Assembly: GCA_965202625.1 (NCBI GenBank)
Contig: CBDBBI010000010.1
Coordinates: 2,720,001-2,784,000, forward strand
Length of the DNA: 64,000 nucleotides
Direction of reading: 5' to 3'
Source of the DNA: a bacterium
GTDB lineage: Bacteria > UBA8248
Under the pieces are notes generated by a model. It had not been told where the DNA came from. It saw only the letters and a list, made by a program, of their open reading frames with translations, and made no database searches. Below, in pieces: positions 33,452 to 44,346 of this stretch (the first letter of the stretch is position 1; the number at the start of each line of letters is the position of its first letter). The position numbers and the translations under genes are program-made.

Positions 33452-34276
33452 ATGTCTCGCCTAGCGGAAACGTCCGCCGAAGCCGGCCTGGGGAGAGTGT
33501 CTGAACGCGAAACGACAAGAGAACCGCTGAGCGTCGTGATTATAGCCCAGAATGAGGCGGACCGCATCGGCGCGTGCATTGATAGCGTTTCCTGGGCGAA
33601 TGAAATTATCGTTGTGGACGCAGGCAGCACAGATGGCACCCATGAAGTGTGCCTTGAGCGCGGCGCGGTGGTTGTTCATCACACTTGGGAGGGCTATTCC
33701 GCCCAAAAAAATTTCGCTATCTCCAAAGCTCGTCACTCCTGGCTTTTGAGTCTGGATGCCGATGAATGTGTGAGCCCTGGGCTTGCGAAGGAGATTCTCT
33801 CTGTTTTGTCCGCCGATAGTCCGGCACCAGGGTATCGCGTGCCCCGAAAAAATATATTCTGTGGCCGCTGGCTTCGCCATGGCGATATGTGGCCAGATTA
33901 TCAGGTGCGGTTGTTCCTGCGCGATGCGGGAGCGTTTAACGAGCGATGCGTTCATGAGTCCGTTGTCGTGCGTGGGAGGGTGGGCGTGTTATCGTCCCCT
34001 ATCGATCACCGCAGTTATGACGCTCTTTCAGATTTCTTCCACAGGCAGACTAAATACGCCAAGTTGTCGGCGGAAGATTTGTTTTCCAAAGGCGCGCGGC
34101 CGGGGATAGGCGATTTCTTCATCCGTCCTTTTTGGCGCTTTTTCAGAAGCTACGTCTTGAAGATGGGCCTTCGGGATGGCGTCGAGGGGTTGTTGGCGTC
34201 GGCCGGTTCCGCTTGGTACGTGTTCATGAGAGTTGCCTTTTTGTGGGAGCTGTGTCGAGGGCGTGCGCATCCTTAG
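33452..34276 (+). CDS. LPS core glycosyltransferase (GT2)
   Basis: SVVIIAQNEAD, VVDAGSTDGT, LDADE, WPDYQVRLF, VHE. Confidence 0.9.
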   Translation: MSRLAETSAEAGLGRVSERETTREPLSVVIIAQNEADRIGACIDSVSWANEIIVVDAGSTDGTHEVCLERGAVVVHHTWEGYSAQKNFAISKARHSWLLSLDADECVSPGLAKEILSVLSADSPAPGYRVPRKNIFCGRWLRHGDMWPDYQVRLFLRDAGAFNERCVHESVVVRGRVGVLSSPIDHRSYDALSDFFHRQTKYAKLSAEDLFSKGARPGIGDFFIRPFWRFFRSYVLKMGLRDGVEGLLASAGSAWYVFMRVAFLWELCRGRAHP

Positions 34277-35369
34277 CGTTGTTCATATGGAAGCCTCTCG
34301 AGGTCTGGGGGGACAGGAGAAGCGGATATTGCTCGAGGCCGCCTCTTTCATCGAGCGTGGGCACAAGGTCCTTTTAATTGGCCAGCCCGACGGCAAACTA
34401 TGGAGAGAGGCGCGCCAGGCGCGTGTGCCTTTTGAGCCGATGCGCATGAGGGTTTCTTGGGATCCGGTGGCGTTGATCGGGCTCATCAGACTGATTCGCA
34501 AGCGTCGCCCAGATTTGATTCATACGCACAGCAGCAAAGATTCCTGGCTCGGAGGGGTTGCGGGCAGGGTTCTCGGCGTGCCTGTTGTTCGTACCCGCCA
34601 CGTGTCCATACCCGTGAGTTCGCACTGGCTGAACTGGGTGTATCGGCTTCCGCATCGGATCATTACGACCGCTGGCCTCACCCGGAATCTTCTGGTTGAT
34701 TACGGGGGGTGCGCGCCTGATCGGGTGAGGGTGTTGCCAACGGGCGTGGACTTCAGACGTTTTCACGAGGGGGTAACGGGCGATGGCTTTCGCCGAGAGA
34801 TGGGATTGGAGCCGGACACGCCCGTCGTGGGAATGATGTCCCCACTCAGGGGAAGCAAGGGACACTACGAGTTTCTGAAGGCTGCGCGCCTGCTGAGGGA
34901 CGAGGGATGCGGCGCGAGGTTTTTTATCGGCGGGGGTGGAAAACGGCGGGGGGCGTATGAGGCCGAAGCCGGACGTCTCGGTCTTTTGGATGGCACCGTC
35001 ACCTTCATCGGGTATCGAACGGATGTGCCCGAAGTCATGGCCGGTCTCGACGTGTTGGTCATCCCGTCCAAACACGAGGCGATTCCACAGGTCGCCCTTC
35101 AGGGGATGTCTATGGGTCTCCCCATCGTGGGCACCAACGTTGGCGGCATTCCGGAAGTTCTGGAGCCATCAGGCGCCGGAGTCATCGTGCCCCCCCGCGA
35201 CTCCGTTGCGCTGGCGAGCGGTATTCGGCGCCTGCTTGGAGATCCGGTCGCTAGGGAAAAAATGGGTCGTTCGGGTTGCGAATATGTGCGCAGATGGTTT
35301 TCGCTTGATAAGATGGTGGTCGATACGCTGGTTCTGTATGAAGAGGTCATCTCAACTTGCGGAAGTTAA
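34263..35369 (+). CDS. Glycosyltransferase family 4
   Basis: GGQEKR, HTHSSKDSW, RTRH, PSKHEAIPQVALQGM. Confidence 0.9.
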   Translation: MRILSVVHMEASRGLGGQEKRILLEAASFIERGHKVLLIGQPDGKLWREARQARVPFEPMRMRVSWDPVALIGLIRLIRKRRPDLIHTHSSKDSWLGGVAGRVLGVPVVRTRHVSIPVSSHWLNWVYRLPHRIITTAGLTRNLLVDYGGCAPDRVRVLPTGVDFRRFHEGVTGDGFRREMGLEPDTPVVGMMSPLRGSKGHYEFLKAARLLRDEGCGARFFIGGGGKRRGAYEAEAGRLGLLDGTVTFIGYRTDVPEVMAGLDVLVIPSKHEAIPQVALQGMSMGLPIVGTNVGGIPEVLEPSGAGVIVPPRDSVALASGIRRLLGDPVAREKMGRSGCEYVRRWFSLDKMVVDTLVLYEEVISTCGS

Positions 35370-36532
35370 GCGTCGTTCAGGTGGTCGGCACCCCTTGGTG
35401 GTCGGGCGCGGGGGAGCCTGCGCTGTTTCTGGCGTCCGACTTGGCCAAAAGGGGGCATCGTGTGGAATTTGTTTGCGTTCCCGGAGGGCGTCTGGAGGAA
35501 AAGGCGGTGGAGGAGGGTTTGCCCACTGTGTCCGGCTTGGTGCCGACGCGAAGCACGAACCCAAAAAAAGTGCGGAATTTCGTCTCCGGTTTGTCGGCTC
35601 TGATACGGGAGATGAACGCCGATATCGTTCACGTCCACTTGACTGCGGACCATTGGCTATCATATCTCGCCCTCAAATGCGCACGCCGCAGCGCGCTGCT
35701 GGTGCGCAGCGTCCATCACCCCCGAGCGGTGGGCAAGAGCATAGCGTCAAGATATCTGCTCGGCCGTGCGAGCGACGCTTTGATACCGGTGAGCTGCTAC
35801 CTAGGGGACGTTCTTTTTACGCGGGTCCAGCCCTCCCCCGAGAAGGTGCACGTAGTTTCAGGTGGGGTGGATTTGGATAGATTTCGGCCAGCGGGTGCGA
35901 AAACCCGGACGACGGGGCGAGAAATACTGGGCGTTTCGCCCGACGCCTTGTTGGTGGGCATCGTGACGCGCCTTGCCGCCAACAGGGGGCTTTATGAATT
36001 ATTGGAGGCGTTTCAGAGGGTGGTGGAGGATGTTCCGGATGCGCGTCTCGCAGTTATTGGCAGAGGCGCGTTTCGGCCGCGCCTGGAGGAGAGGGCGCAA
36101 CGCCTGGGAATTGAGGATCGGGTGAATTTCGCCGGTTACCGTGGGGACGATCTGGTGGAGGTGCTCGCCGCGCTGGACGTTTTCGCGCTCATGTCGCCCG
36201 GTTCTGAAGGGACTTGCCGCGCGGTGCTTGAAGCCATGGCCATGGGGCTTCCCTGCGTGGTGACGGACAAAAACGGCCTGTCCGAAATCGTCAAGGAGGG
36301 CGAAACGGCGCAGGTGGTGCCTTTGGGGGGTTTTGGGAGCCCGGAATTGATGGCCTCCGCGCTGAAGGGGCTTCTGACGGATGCGGGGCGCCGCCTTTCC
36401 TACGGCCAAGCCGGCCGGGAGCGCGTGGAGAGGCTCTACGGCCGCGTGAGACGCGCCGCACTCGTCGAGCGGGTATACGCCTGGGCGCTTCATATGGCGC
36501 CGGAGTGGGATTTTGAAGAGGATTTCGGATGA
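35357..36532 (+). CDS. Glycosyltransferase family 4
   Basis: GGVDLDRF, EGTCRAVLEAMAMGLP. Confidence 0.9.
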   Translation: MRKLSVVQVVGTPWWSGAGEPALFLASDLAKRGHRVEFVCVPGGRLEEKAVEEGLPTVSGLVPTRSTNPKKVRNFVSGLSALIREMNADIVHVHLTADHWLSYLALKCARRSALLVRSVHHPRAVGKSIASRYLLGRASDALIPVSCYLGDVLFTRVQPSPEKVHVVSGGVDLDRFRPAGAKTRTTGREILGVSPDALLVGIVTRLAANRGLYELLEAFQRVVEDVPDARLAVIGRGAFRPRLEERAQRLGIEDRVNFAGYRGDDLVEVLAALDVFALMSPGSEGTCRAVLEAMAMGLPCVVTDKNGLSEIVKEGETAQVVPLGGFGSPELMASALKGLLTDAGRRLSYGQAGRERVERLYGRVRRAALVERVYAWALHMAPEWDFEEDFG

Positions 36533-38316
36533 GCCGCACCCGGGTTTATCTCAGACTCTTAGGGTATTTGCCCCCATATCGACTGCGGTTTGGCGTCGCC
36601 GTCGCCTGCACGGTCATTGTCAGCGGGCTGAACGCTTACCCCGCCTACCTGGTTCAGCACATCATCAATGATATTTTGATCTCGAAGCGATCGGAAGTCG
36701 TCCTGCTCATTTGCTTGTCCCTTCCCGTCGTTTATCTGACGAAGGGCGCGGCCGCCTATTTTCAAAATTATTTCATCTCCTGGGTCGGGCAACGCATCGT
36801 GATGGACATCCGCAATGCGCTTCATCGGCACTTCATCTATTTGCCGCTTCGGTTTTTTGAGACGAAAACGACCGGAGAACTGATGGCGAAAATCATTTAT
36901 GACATTTCTTTGATGCAAAAAGCGGTGACCAGCTCCGTGCGCGATTTGTTCCTTCACGGTCTTACCTTCATTGCTTTGCTCGGCGTGGCTATCTACCAGA
37001 GCCCCGAGATGGCGATGATATTCATCTTCGTGGTTCCCTGCGTGGGGTTTTTCGTCGTGCGGATGGGAGAGACGATTCGCCGCATCACGCGCAGGAGTCA
37101 GGTGCGGATGGGGAACATGAGCACTTTGATGAAGGAAACCTACGCGGGCATGCGCGTCGTCAAGTCCTTCCGCGCGGAGACCAAGGAGGAGAGCCGCTTC
37201 GTGCGTGCCTCCCTCTCTTTTTTTGAAACCGTGATGGGCGCCATGTGGATTCGCTCACTGGCTCCCCCGACGGTGGAGATTATCGGCGGCTTTTTGGGGG
37301 CGGCGGTTTTATGGTTCGGCGCCCGGGCGGTCATCCATGGGAGCATGGATGCGGGAAATCTGACGAGTTTTGTGGTCGCCATGGGAATGGCCTATAGCCC
37401 GCTGAAATCCTTCACTCGTGTCTTTCACGGCTTGATGGAGGGAATCGCGGGCGCCCAGGCAGTCTTTGAGATGATGGACGAGCACGCCCATGAAGATAAG
37501 AACCCGAATGGCGCAGTGATGAGGCGGCTCTCCAAACACATTCGATTCGAGGGCGTGTGCTTTTCCTATTCGGACGCGAGGGCACTGGAGGATATCAGCG
37601 TGGAGGTGCCGGCGGGTTGCATCTTTGCGGTTGTGGGCATGAGCGGTGCGGGAAAAACCACGTTATTGGATCTGATTCCTCGCTTCTACCTACCCAGTCG
37701 GGGGAGCATCTCCTTCGATGGGAAAGAGGCGTCCCTGTATTCGCTCGACAGCCTGCGTGCCCAGATAGCCGTAGTGAGCCAGCAGGTCATCTTGTTCAAC
37801 GATACGGCGGAGAACAATATCGCCTACGGAGCGAAAGACGCCGTCAGTCGTGAGGCAGTCGTCTCTGCGGCGAAAGCGGCCAACGCGCATGACTTCATCA
37901 TGGGGCTTGAAAATGGATATGAAACCATGCTGGGAGAGGATGGGGTGCGCCTATCGGGCGGCGAACGCCAGCGCATCGCCATTGCCCGCGCGATTTTTGG
38001 AGACCCTTCCATCTTGCTGCTTGACGAAGCTACGAGCGCGCTCGACGCTGAAAGCGAGCAGTTGATTCAGGAAGCCCTTGAGCCTTTGATGAAAGGTCGC
38101 ACCACAATCGTGGTGGCCCATAGGCTCTCCAAGGTCCGAAACGCTGATTTGATCATCGTGCTCGATGGTGGACGCATTGTGCAGAGGGGGACGCACGACG
38201 CCTTGATGAGTAGCGATGGCTTGTACCAAAGGCTCTACGAAATGCAATTTACGAGCGAGGAGGCGCCCCTTTCCGATGAAATGGGTGTCGCGCCCGCGCA
38301 GGGAAAAACGTCTTGA
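36529..38316 (+). CDS. msbA: Lipid A/LPS flippase ABC transporter, MsbA-like
   Basis: Six-TM domain plus NBD (GMSGAGKT, LSGGERQR, LLDEATSALD) inside the LPS cluster. Confidence 0.88.
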   Translation: MSRTRVYLRLLGYLPPYRLRFGVAVACTVIVSGLNAYPAYLVQHIINDILISKRSEVVLLICLSLPVVYLTKGAAAYFQNYFISWVGQRIVMDIRNALHRHFIYLPLRFFETKTTGELMAKIIYDISLMQKAVTSSVRDLFLHGLTFIALLGVAIYQSPEMAMIFIFVVPCVGFFVVRMGETIRRITRRSQVRMGNMSTLMKETYAGMRVVKSFRAETKEESRFVRASLSFFETVMGAMWIRSLAPPTVEIIGGFLGAAVLWFGARAVIHGSMDAGNLTSFVVAMGMAYSPLKSFTRVFHGLMEGIAGAQAVFEMMDEHAHEDKNPNGAVMRRLSKHIRFEGVCFSYSDARALEDISVEVPAGCIFAVVGMSGAGKTTLLDLIPRFYLPSRGSISFDGKEASLYSLDSLRAQIAVVSQQVILFNDTAENNIAYGAKDAVSREAVVSAAKAANAHDFIMGLENGYETMLGEDGVRLSGGERQRIAIARAIFGDPSILLLDEATSALDAESEQLIQEALEPLMKGRTTIVVAHRLSKVRNADLIIVLDGGRIVQRGTHDALMSSDGLYQRLYEMQFTSEEAPLSDEMGVAPAQGKTS

Positions 38317-39524
38317 CTACCCACAAACCCTGCCAAACCCTGCGAGTGAAATCATCCCTTGGGACGAAAAAGGATGAGCGGTCCCTCTCGGTGCTGCAAA
38401 TCATGACGTGCCGGGGCTGGAACTCGGACGCCTGGGCGGCGATGTGTCTCACGCTGGGACTCCAGACGGATGGCCATCGCGTGATGCTGCTTTGTCGAGA
38501 CGTGGAGAGAGGACATGAAGTTTCCGAGCGAATACGCGCGGCGGGCGTGGAGGAAATCGATTTTATAGAGGCGAGTGGGAATTTCAGACCTGCCAGCTAT
38601 CTGAGGGACGTTGTAAAACTCAGGATGTTGATTAGGGAGAGGGAAGTGGACGTGGTGCACGCGCACAGGGGAGTGGAGCACTGGCTCGCCGCCGCTGCCC
38701 TGTTGGGGAGGCGAAGCCCCGCTTTGGTGAGAAGTCGCCACATATTGCGGCCGGTGCGCCGCCATTTATTGAATCGGTGGCTTTATGCTCTGGCTACGGA
38801 TAGGACCGTGACGGTGACGGAAAAAATTCGCGAGGGATATATGAAGGGTCGGGCGTCTTTGAGGGGCTCATTTCTCACGGTGATGGGCGGAGTGGACGCT
38901 TCGAGCTATGATCCCACCGCCACGGGGGCGGAATTTCGGGATTTTTGGAGGATTCCGCGAAATGCCCGCGTGGTCGGCGTGGCAGGCAGCATCAAATTTT
39001 CGATCAAAGGCCAGGACATGCTCTTGCGCGCGGCGGCGCGACTGATTCGGGAGAAATCTCTTTGGCTCATCGTGATTGGTGAGGGGAGGGACCTCGACCT
39101 TTTGAAGCGATTGGCGGTGGAGTTGGGGATAGCGAAAAGAGTGGTGTTCACGGGTTTTCTCTCTACACTTGCCGATGCACTCTCCGCCTGCGACGTTTTG
39201 GCGTTTCCGTCTGTTCGCTCGGAAGGCACGAGCCGGGTGTTGTTCGAGTATCTCGCGGCGGGCAAACCCGTCGTGGCCAGCGACGTGGGAAGCGTGGATG
39301 AGATCGTTCGGGACGGGAGAGAAGGAATTTTGGTGCCCGCGGGGGATGAGCGCGTGCTGTCTCAGGGACTGGAGAAATTGATCTCGGAGATCGGCCTTGC
39401 CCGGTCCATGGGACGCTCTGCGCGCGAGCGCGCGAAGCGGGATTTTGACAGGGGCGTCATGGCACGCCGAATGGTGGAGATATATCGTGAAGCCATGCGT
39501 TCGAGAGCCCGCCTCGCCGAATGA
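38313..39524 (+). CDS. Glycosyltransferase family 4
   Basis: VVHAH, KGQD, EGTSRVLFEYLAAGKPVVASDVG. Confidence 0.88.
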   Translation: MTTHKPCQTLRVKSSLGTKKDERSLSVLQIMTCRGWNSDAWAAMCLTLGLQTDGHRVMLLCRDVERGHEVSERIRAAGVEEIDFIEASGNFRPASYLRDVVKLRMLIREREVDVVHAHRGVEHWLAAAALLGRRSPALVRSRHILRPVRRHLLNRWLYALATDRTVTVTEKIREGYMKGRASLRGSFLTVMGGVDASSYDPTATGAEFRDFWRIPRNARVVGVAGSIKFSIKGQDMLLRAAARLIREKSLWLIVIGEGRDLDLLKRLAVELGIAKRVVFTGFLSTLADALSACDVLAFPSVRSEGTSRVLFEYLAAGKPVVASDVGSVDEIVRDGREGILVPAGDERVLSQGLEKLISEIGLARSMGRSARERAKRDFDRGVMARRMVEIYREAMRSRARLAE

Positions 39525-39691
39525 GAGATGCGTCCCCGCGTCCCGATCTGATTGCGGGGAGGGAGTGCCGCGTGATTGGTTTTCACCGTCCATGAAAGCG
39601 CAAGTCTTTCCGCCGTCTCGTTCCGGAACATCGTGTGGGTGGCGCGGCGAATGATGTCCAGAAGTGCCGTTTGGCTGCAAGTTCGGCGATC

Positions 39692-40849
39692 GTGAAAATT
39701 GCGCTCATTCGATCCGCAGTGCATCGGCATGGCGGAGTGGAACGCTACGTCTGGCATCTGGCCGAAGAGTTGGACCGTCGCGGGCATGAGGTTCATCTCA
39801 TTGTGAGGAGGCGCCCTGAACCCCCGTCCCCCTCCGTTCGTTTTCACACTGTGCCCGTTGCGGGTATTTTTTCGTTCTCCAAGGTTTTGTCCTTCGCGAG
39901 AGGGGTGAAAAAGGTCTTGGAGAAAGAGTACTTCGACATTGTTCACTCATGCGAGCGAATTCACCGATGCGACGTCTACCGGGCGGGAGAGGGCTTGCAT
40001 CGTGAATGGCTACGCGTCTCGTCGCTATATCTTTCGCCTTGGGCGCAATTCATCAGAAACTTGGATCCGCTTCACAACGTCCTTTTGAAGATCGAGGAGA
40101 ACCTCATCCGCCACGGCGGTGCCAGGTTCGTGATGGCCAATAGCCGCAAAGGAGCCGAGGAGATCAGGAAACATTTTGGCACTAGTAGGGCGTCCGTCAT
40201 TTATAATGGCGTGGACAGCGCGGAATTCAGGCCTCCGAGAGATTCAGAGCGCAAGGAGATGAGGGGAAGAATCCATCTGGCGGAAAGCGACTTTGCTGTG
40301 CTCTACGTCGGCAGCGGTTTCTTCCGCAAAGGTCTGCGCTATTTGATAGAGGGCTTCGCCAAGATGGGAAGTCCCCAAAACGGCAAAAAACCTTATTTGC
40401 TGATTCTCGGTCGAGGCGCCAGGGGGACTTATGAGAGGTTGATACGCGCGCATGGCCTCAGCGGGCGGGTTCGTTTTTTTGGCGATGAAATATCCGCGGC
40501 GCAGCTCTATCAGGCGGCGGATGTCTTCGTGTTTCCCACCCTGTATGACCCGTTTGCGAACGTCTGTTTGGAGGCGCTGGCGAGTGGGTTGCCTTGCGTG
40601 CTCTCGTCCAGAAACGGCGCGGCGGAAATTATCTCTGATGGGAAAGAGGGCTACATTTTGGATGATCCTACGGACACCGACGACATTGCGCGTCTCGCTT
40701 CGTTGTGTATGGATGAAGAGAAAGCGGCTGCCATGGGCGAGGCGGCCCGCGCCCTCTCCCTGAAGTTTACCTGGCGGGCCAACGCCGATGAGACGGAGAA
40801 GCTCTACCGGAAAATTCTTCTGGGCGAGGGGGTGGCCTCCGGAACATGA
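39692..40849 (+). CDS. Glycosyltransferase family 4 (RfaG/WabG-like)
   Basis: HGGVERY, DVYRAGEGLH, VGSGFFRKGL, PTLYDPFANVCLEALASGLP. Confidence 0.9.
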   Translation: MKIALIRSAVHRHGGVERYVWHLAEELDRRGHEVHLIVRRRPEPPSPSVRFHTVPVAGIFSFSKVLSFARGVKKVLEKEYFDIVHSCERIHRCDVYRAGEGLHREWLRVSSLYLSPWAQFIRNLDPLHNVLLKIEENLIRHGGARFVMANSRKGAEEIRKHFGTSRASVIYNGVDSAEFRPPRDSERKEMRGRIHLAESDFAVLYVGSGFFRKGLRYLIEGFAKMGSPQNGKKPYLLILGRGARGTYERLIRAHGLSGRVRFFGDEISAAQLYQAADVFVFPTLYDPFANVCLEALASGLPCVLSSRNGAAEIISDGKEGYILDDPTDTDDIARLASLCMDEEKAAAMGEAARALSLKFTWRANADETEKLYRKILLGEGVASGT

Positions 40850-40995
40850 CGATGCGCGTTAGGGGCCGCATCCGTTCGGGCCCAGAGATGAATCCAAGAG
40901 AGGGGCGATGGATTGCGCCTGCGTCAGAATACGCCTCCCTGACGCGCCTGGATTGTTGATGTCAAGTGGGGAAACGAAGCAAAAAAGGAAGTGAG

Positions 40996-41736
40996 ATGGA
41001 AGAAACGGAAATTGACGTCACTTTGGTCGCTGGTCGGCGGCCGGAATTGCTCGCGCGCACGCTGTGCTCATTTGAAGAGAAAATCTTCAGGAACTTTCGT
41101 ATATCAAAGGTTTTCGTGAACCTAGATCCGTTTTTGGGATGCTTGGCCGACGGGGTGGTCTGTCCGAAAATCGTGCTTGAGCATTTCCCCGACGCGGAAA
41201 TCACGGAACCCGACGTGGCGAGTTACGCCCAAGCCGTGAAAACCCTTTGGTCCAAAATCCAGGCTCCTCTCGCGCTCCACATGGAGGACGACTGGGTCGC
41301 CCTCGATACGATTTTTCCCGATTGCGTTTTTCCTTTTTTTTTTGAAAACCGCGTTCGTATGTTGTCTCTGATGGCGCGCGAGAAAATCTGGAATGGCCGT
41401 GCGAAGCGTGCCACGCAGCGCATTCTGGTGCCGTTCACCCCGCTGCGGTTTCGAGCGCCCCATTTCTCGGTGAGTCCTTGTTTTGTAGAGAGGGATTTCG
41501 CGTTGGTCTACGCCGCCCTCCTCAAGCCGGCGCTGGACCCTGAAAAGTAAACTCAGAAATGTCAAAACCTGAAACTATTGAGATACTGCTTTCGCTTTGC
41601 AAGCGCCTTCCTCGTCTCGACGCGCAGAAATGCTTCTGACGTGCTCCTGGACATCGGCCGCGAGTGGCGCCGTGAGCGCGGAATCGAGAAAATTGTGAGG
41701 AACGGCCGAAGCCTGTGGGTGCAAAGCCAAAAATGA
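40996..41736 (+). pseudogene. GT-A-like protein interrupted by an in-frame TAA at 41548-41550
   Basis: RRPELLARTL and LHMEDDW motifs; after LDPEK-TAA the same frame stays open for 61 codons (..DIGREWRRERGIEK..) to TGA at 41736. Confidence 0.65.
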
Positions 41737-41928
41737 GGCAGGTCATGGCGCCGGAGGCAGCGTTCTTTCTCGTCTCGTTCGCATCCTCCGGGCGGGCGCT
41801 TCTAAGGGCTTCGCGTATTCGACGTCGCTTTGGGCGAAGGATGCCGTCAGGCGCTTTTTCAAACGGACAACGAAATGTGTTTCGAATCTGAGGCGAGAGC
41901 GACCTTGAGGGGTAAGTGGAAGGCGGCG

Positions 41929-43134
41929 GTGACCTTCTTCACCGAATTGGATGAGCGCTTTCAGAGGCGCTCACCGCTTTCACGGGTGGCATTTGGCGGG
42001 CTTTTGTGTTTTGCCGCCGTCGCCCCGTTTTCGATATCGCTCGCCCAAATTTGCGTCTTCACGGCCATGGTGGCATGGCTGGCTTCCATGGGGAAAGAAG
42101 CTCCCTTGCTGACCCAGAAATTTCCCCTGTGGAGGCCTTGGCTTCTTTTCGCGCTGTTGACCCTCGCAAGTGCCTTCTACTCTCTCGATCCGCTCAAAAG
42201 CCTGCTCAAGACGAGGGAATTGACCCAAATCATGATTTTTTATTTGGCCATCAACGCCATTGAGGATGACAAGGAGGCGCTTTGGCTGGTGAAAGTCCTC
42301 TTCGCAGCCACGAGCGTTGCTGTTCTATATTCTCTGGCCGTTTCCCTGGAACTGCCCTTGTCGTTGCGCAACCGGCTATCGGGCTTTTTGAATAATCCTA
42401 TGACGCTTGGCGGTTTTTTGCTTCTGGTGGCGATCTTGGCCCTTTCTTATGTCTTCGTGCCCGCCCGGAAGCGAGGGGGCGCATGGGTCTATGGGTCGAT
42501 CGTGCTGATCATCGTGGCATTGGTGGCCACCTTAAGTCGCAACGCATGGGTGGGCATTGTCGTGGGGATGGCCGTCGCCGCCGGGGCGTGCAAGAGCAGA
42601 AAAGGGGGACTGATCTTGGCGGCGGCGGTCGTATCTATGCTGTTCATGACACCCGATGTCGTGCGTCAGCGCGTGAAGAGCATCGTAAATGTTCAAGACG
42701 GGTCGATCGCGACACGGATATACATGTGGAAAAGTGGCGTGCGGATGTGGTCGGACAGGAAAATTCTGGGTTTCGGCCCCGGCCTGCTCAAAAACCATTA
42801 CTATGCGCGATATGCAAACCCCAAGGCGCCGATGAAATCTTACGGCCATTTGCACAACAACGTAGTGCACTTGGCGGCTGAGCGCGGGGCTCTCTCCTTG
42901 GGCGCATGGGTTTGGGCCTGGGTCGGGTATTTCATTCTGGTGATCAGGCGGCTCCGAGACGCGCGGGCCGCGCCTTTCGGAACGCGATTTCGGATCGTGG
43001 GTGGCTTGGCCGCCGCCGCGGGTTTTTTGAGTGCGGGAATGTTCGAATATAATTTTGGCGATTCCGAGGTGGTGATGCTCGCGTTTATGGCGACGGCTCT
43101 GCCTTTTATGGGAAAGAAGGACAAGACTTTTTAG
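41929..43134 (+). CDS. O-antigen ligase family protein (WaaL-like)
   Basis: About 12 TM segments, RLSG, TLSRNAW, RIYMW, GFGPG, HLHNNVVHLAAERG. Confidence 0.9.
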   Translation: MTFFTELDERFQRRSPLSRVAFGGLLCFAAVAPFSISLAQICVFTAMVAWLASMGKEAPLLTQKFPLWRPWLLFALLTLASAFYSLDPLKSLLKTRELTQIMIFYLAINAIEDDKEALWLVKVLFAATSVAVLYSLAVSLELPLSLRNRLSGFLNNPMTLGGFLLLVAILALSYVFVPARKRGGAWVYGSIVLIIVALVATLSRNAWVGIVVGMAVAAGACKSRKGGLILAAAVVSMLFMTPDVVRQRVKSIVNVQDGSIATRIYMWKSGVRMWSDRKILGFGPGLLKNHYYARYANPKAPMKSYGHLHNNVVHLAAERGALSLGAWVWAWVGYFILVIRRLRDARAAPFGTRFRIVGGLAAAAGFLSAGMFEYNFGDSEVVMLAFMATALPFMGKKDKTF

Positions 43135-43161
43135 AGACCGGGTTTCTTTTTGCGTCGCGTA

Positions 43162-44346
43162 TTACCAAAATCGCAACAAAGATTGGAAAAAGCCCGCTTT
43201 TTCTACTGGCTCAGCGGCTACGAGGATGACCTCGCCAAGTTTGTTTCCGCCCAGCTCATATATGACGCGGCCCACCCTTTGGCCGGCGCGGACGGGCGCT
43301 GGTATCGCTTGCGGCAATTCCGCCTTCATGGATATGTGTTTCTCTTCGCCTCGTTTCACCAACGCCTTCACCATTCCCTGAGGCTGGATGCGGATCGTTG
43401 GTTTCCGGCCGTTAAGCACCCTGATTTGCTGGTGTTTCAGTTTCTTTTTTTGCCCGGCGTCGATCCATCGATATTGAGCGAAACCCCAGGTGAGTAAGCG
43501 CTTGGCTTCCTTGAAGCGGCGTCGAGAGTGGCTCGAACCCGTCACGACGGCGATCAGCCTCAAATTTTTCCGCTTGGCCGTGGCGACGATGCTGAACCCC
43601 GCTTTTCGGTGATAACCTGTTTTCAAGCCGTCCATTCCCCGAAACCGACCCAGAAGAGTGTTCGTGTTGGTGAGGATGAACTTCCCGTTCCGGAAAGGTG
43701 CCCTCTTGATGGCGCTCCACTTCCTGATCAATGGGTATTTCAACAGCTCTCTAGCGAGAATGCTGGCGTCTCGAGCACTCATTCGATTGCCCGGTCTCCC
43801 TCTCCTCGAGGGAAGGCCGTTGACGTTCACAAAGCGGGTGTCCGTCATGCCGAGCTCTTTGGCGCGCTGGTTCATCATTTCGACGAACACCTCGACGTCT
43901 GCGGCAATGTGCTCCGCCACGGCGTAGGAGGAATCGTTCGCGGAGCTGATGATGATGGATTTCATCAAATCTTCTACGGGAACTTTCTCTCCTTGCTTCA
44001 GATACACTTGCTGCCCCCCGATTTGGGAGGCGCTTCTGCTCGTAGTGACCACCTCGTCTAGGCGGATGACGCCTCTTTTCATATGCTCCATGGCGAGCAG
44101 CGCTGTCATCATTTTGACGATGGACGCAGGTCTTATGGGGAGCCGCGCATTGCGTGATTTCAGAACCTGCCCCGTGTCCGCTTCGAGCAGCAGGAAGGAG
44201 CGATAGGGGATAACTTTACTTCGAGAACGCCCTTTGCGGGCGGAAGCCGGGTCGATGTTGAACGTCAGGAAAGATGCGAATGCGAACGACATAAATGTGA
44301 TGATGGAGCACAGAAATCGTCGGCGGCGTTTCGAGGCGAATAGCAT
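43162..44346 (-). CDS. dacA: D-alanyl-D-alanine carboxypeptidase (PBP5/6, S11)
   Basis: SxxK (PASIVKMM), SxN (SAND), KTG (GLKTGY) and a PBP5 C-terminal domain; ATG at 44346 after AAGGGGAG. Confidence 0.92.
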   Translation of the reverse strand: MLFASKRRRRFLCSIITFMSFAFASFLTFNIDPASARKGRSRSKVIPYRSFLLLEADTGQVLKSRNARLPIRPASIVKMMTALLAMEHMKRGVIRLDEVVTTSRSASQIGGQQVYLKQGEKVPVEDLMKSIIISSANDSSYAVAEHIAADVEVFVEMMNQRAKELGMTDTRFVNVNGLPSRRGRPGNRMSARDASILARELLKYPLIRKWSAIKRAPFRNGKFILTNTNTLLGRFRGMDGLKTGYHRKAGFSIVATAKRKNLRLIAVVTGSSHSRRRFKEAKRLLTWGFAQYRWIDAGQKKKLKHQQIRVLNGRKPTIRIQPQGMVKALVKRGEEKHISMKAELPQAIPAPVRAGQRVGRVIYELGGNKLGEVILVAAEPVEKAGFFQSLLRFW

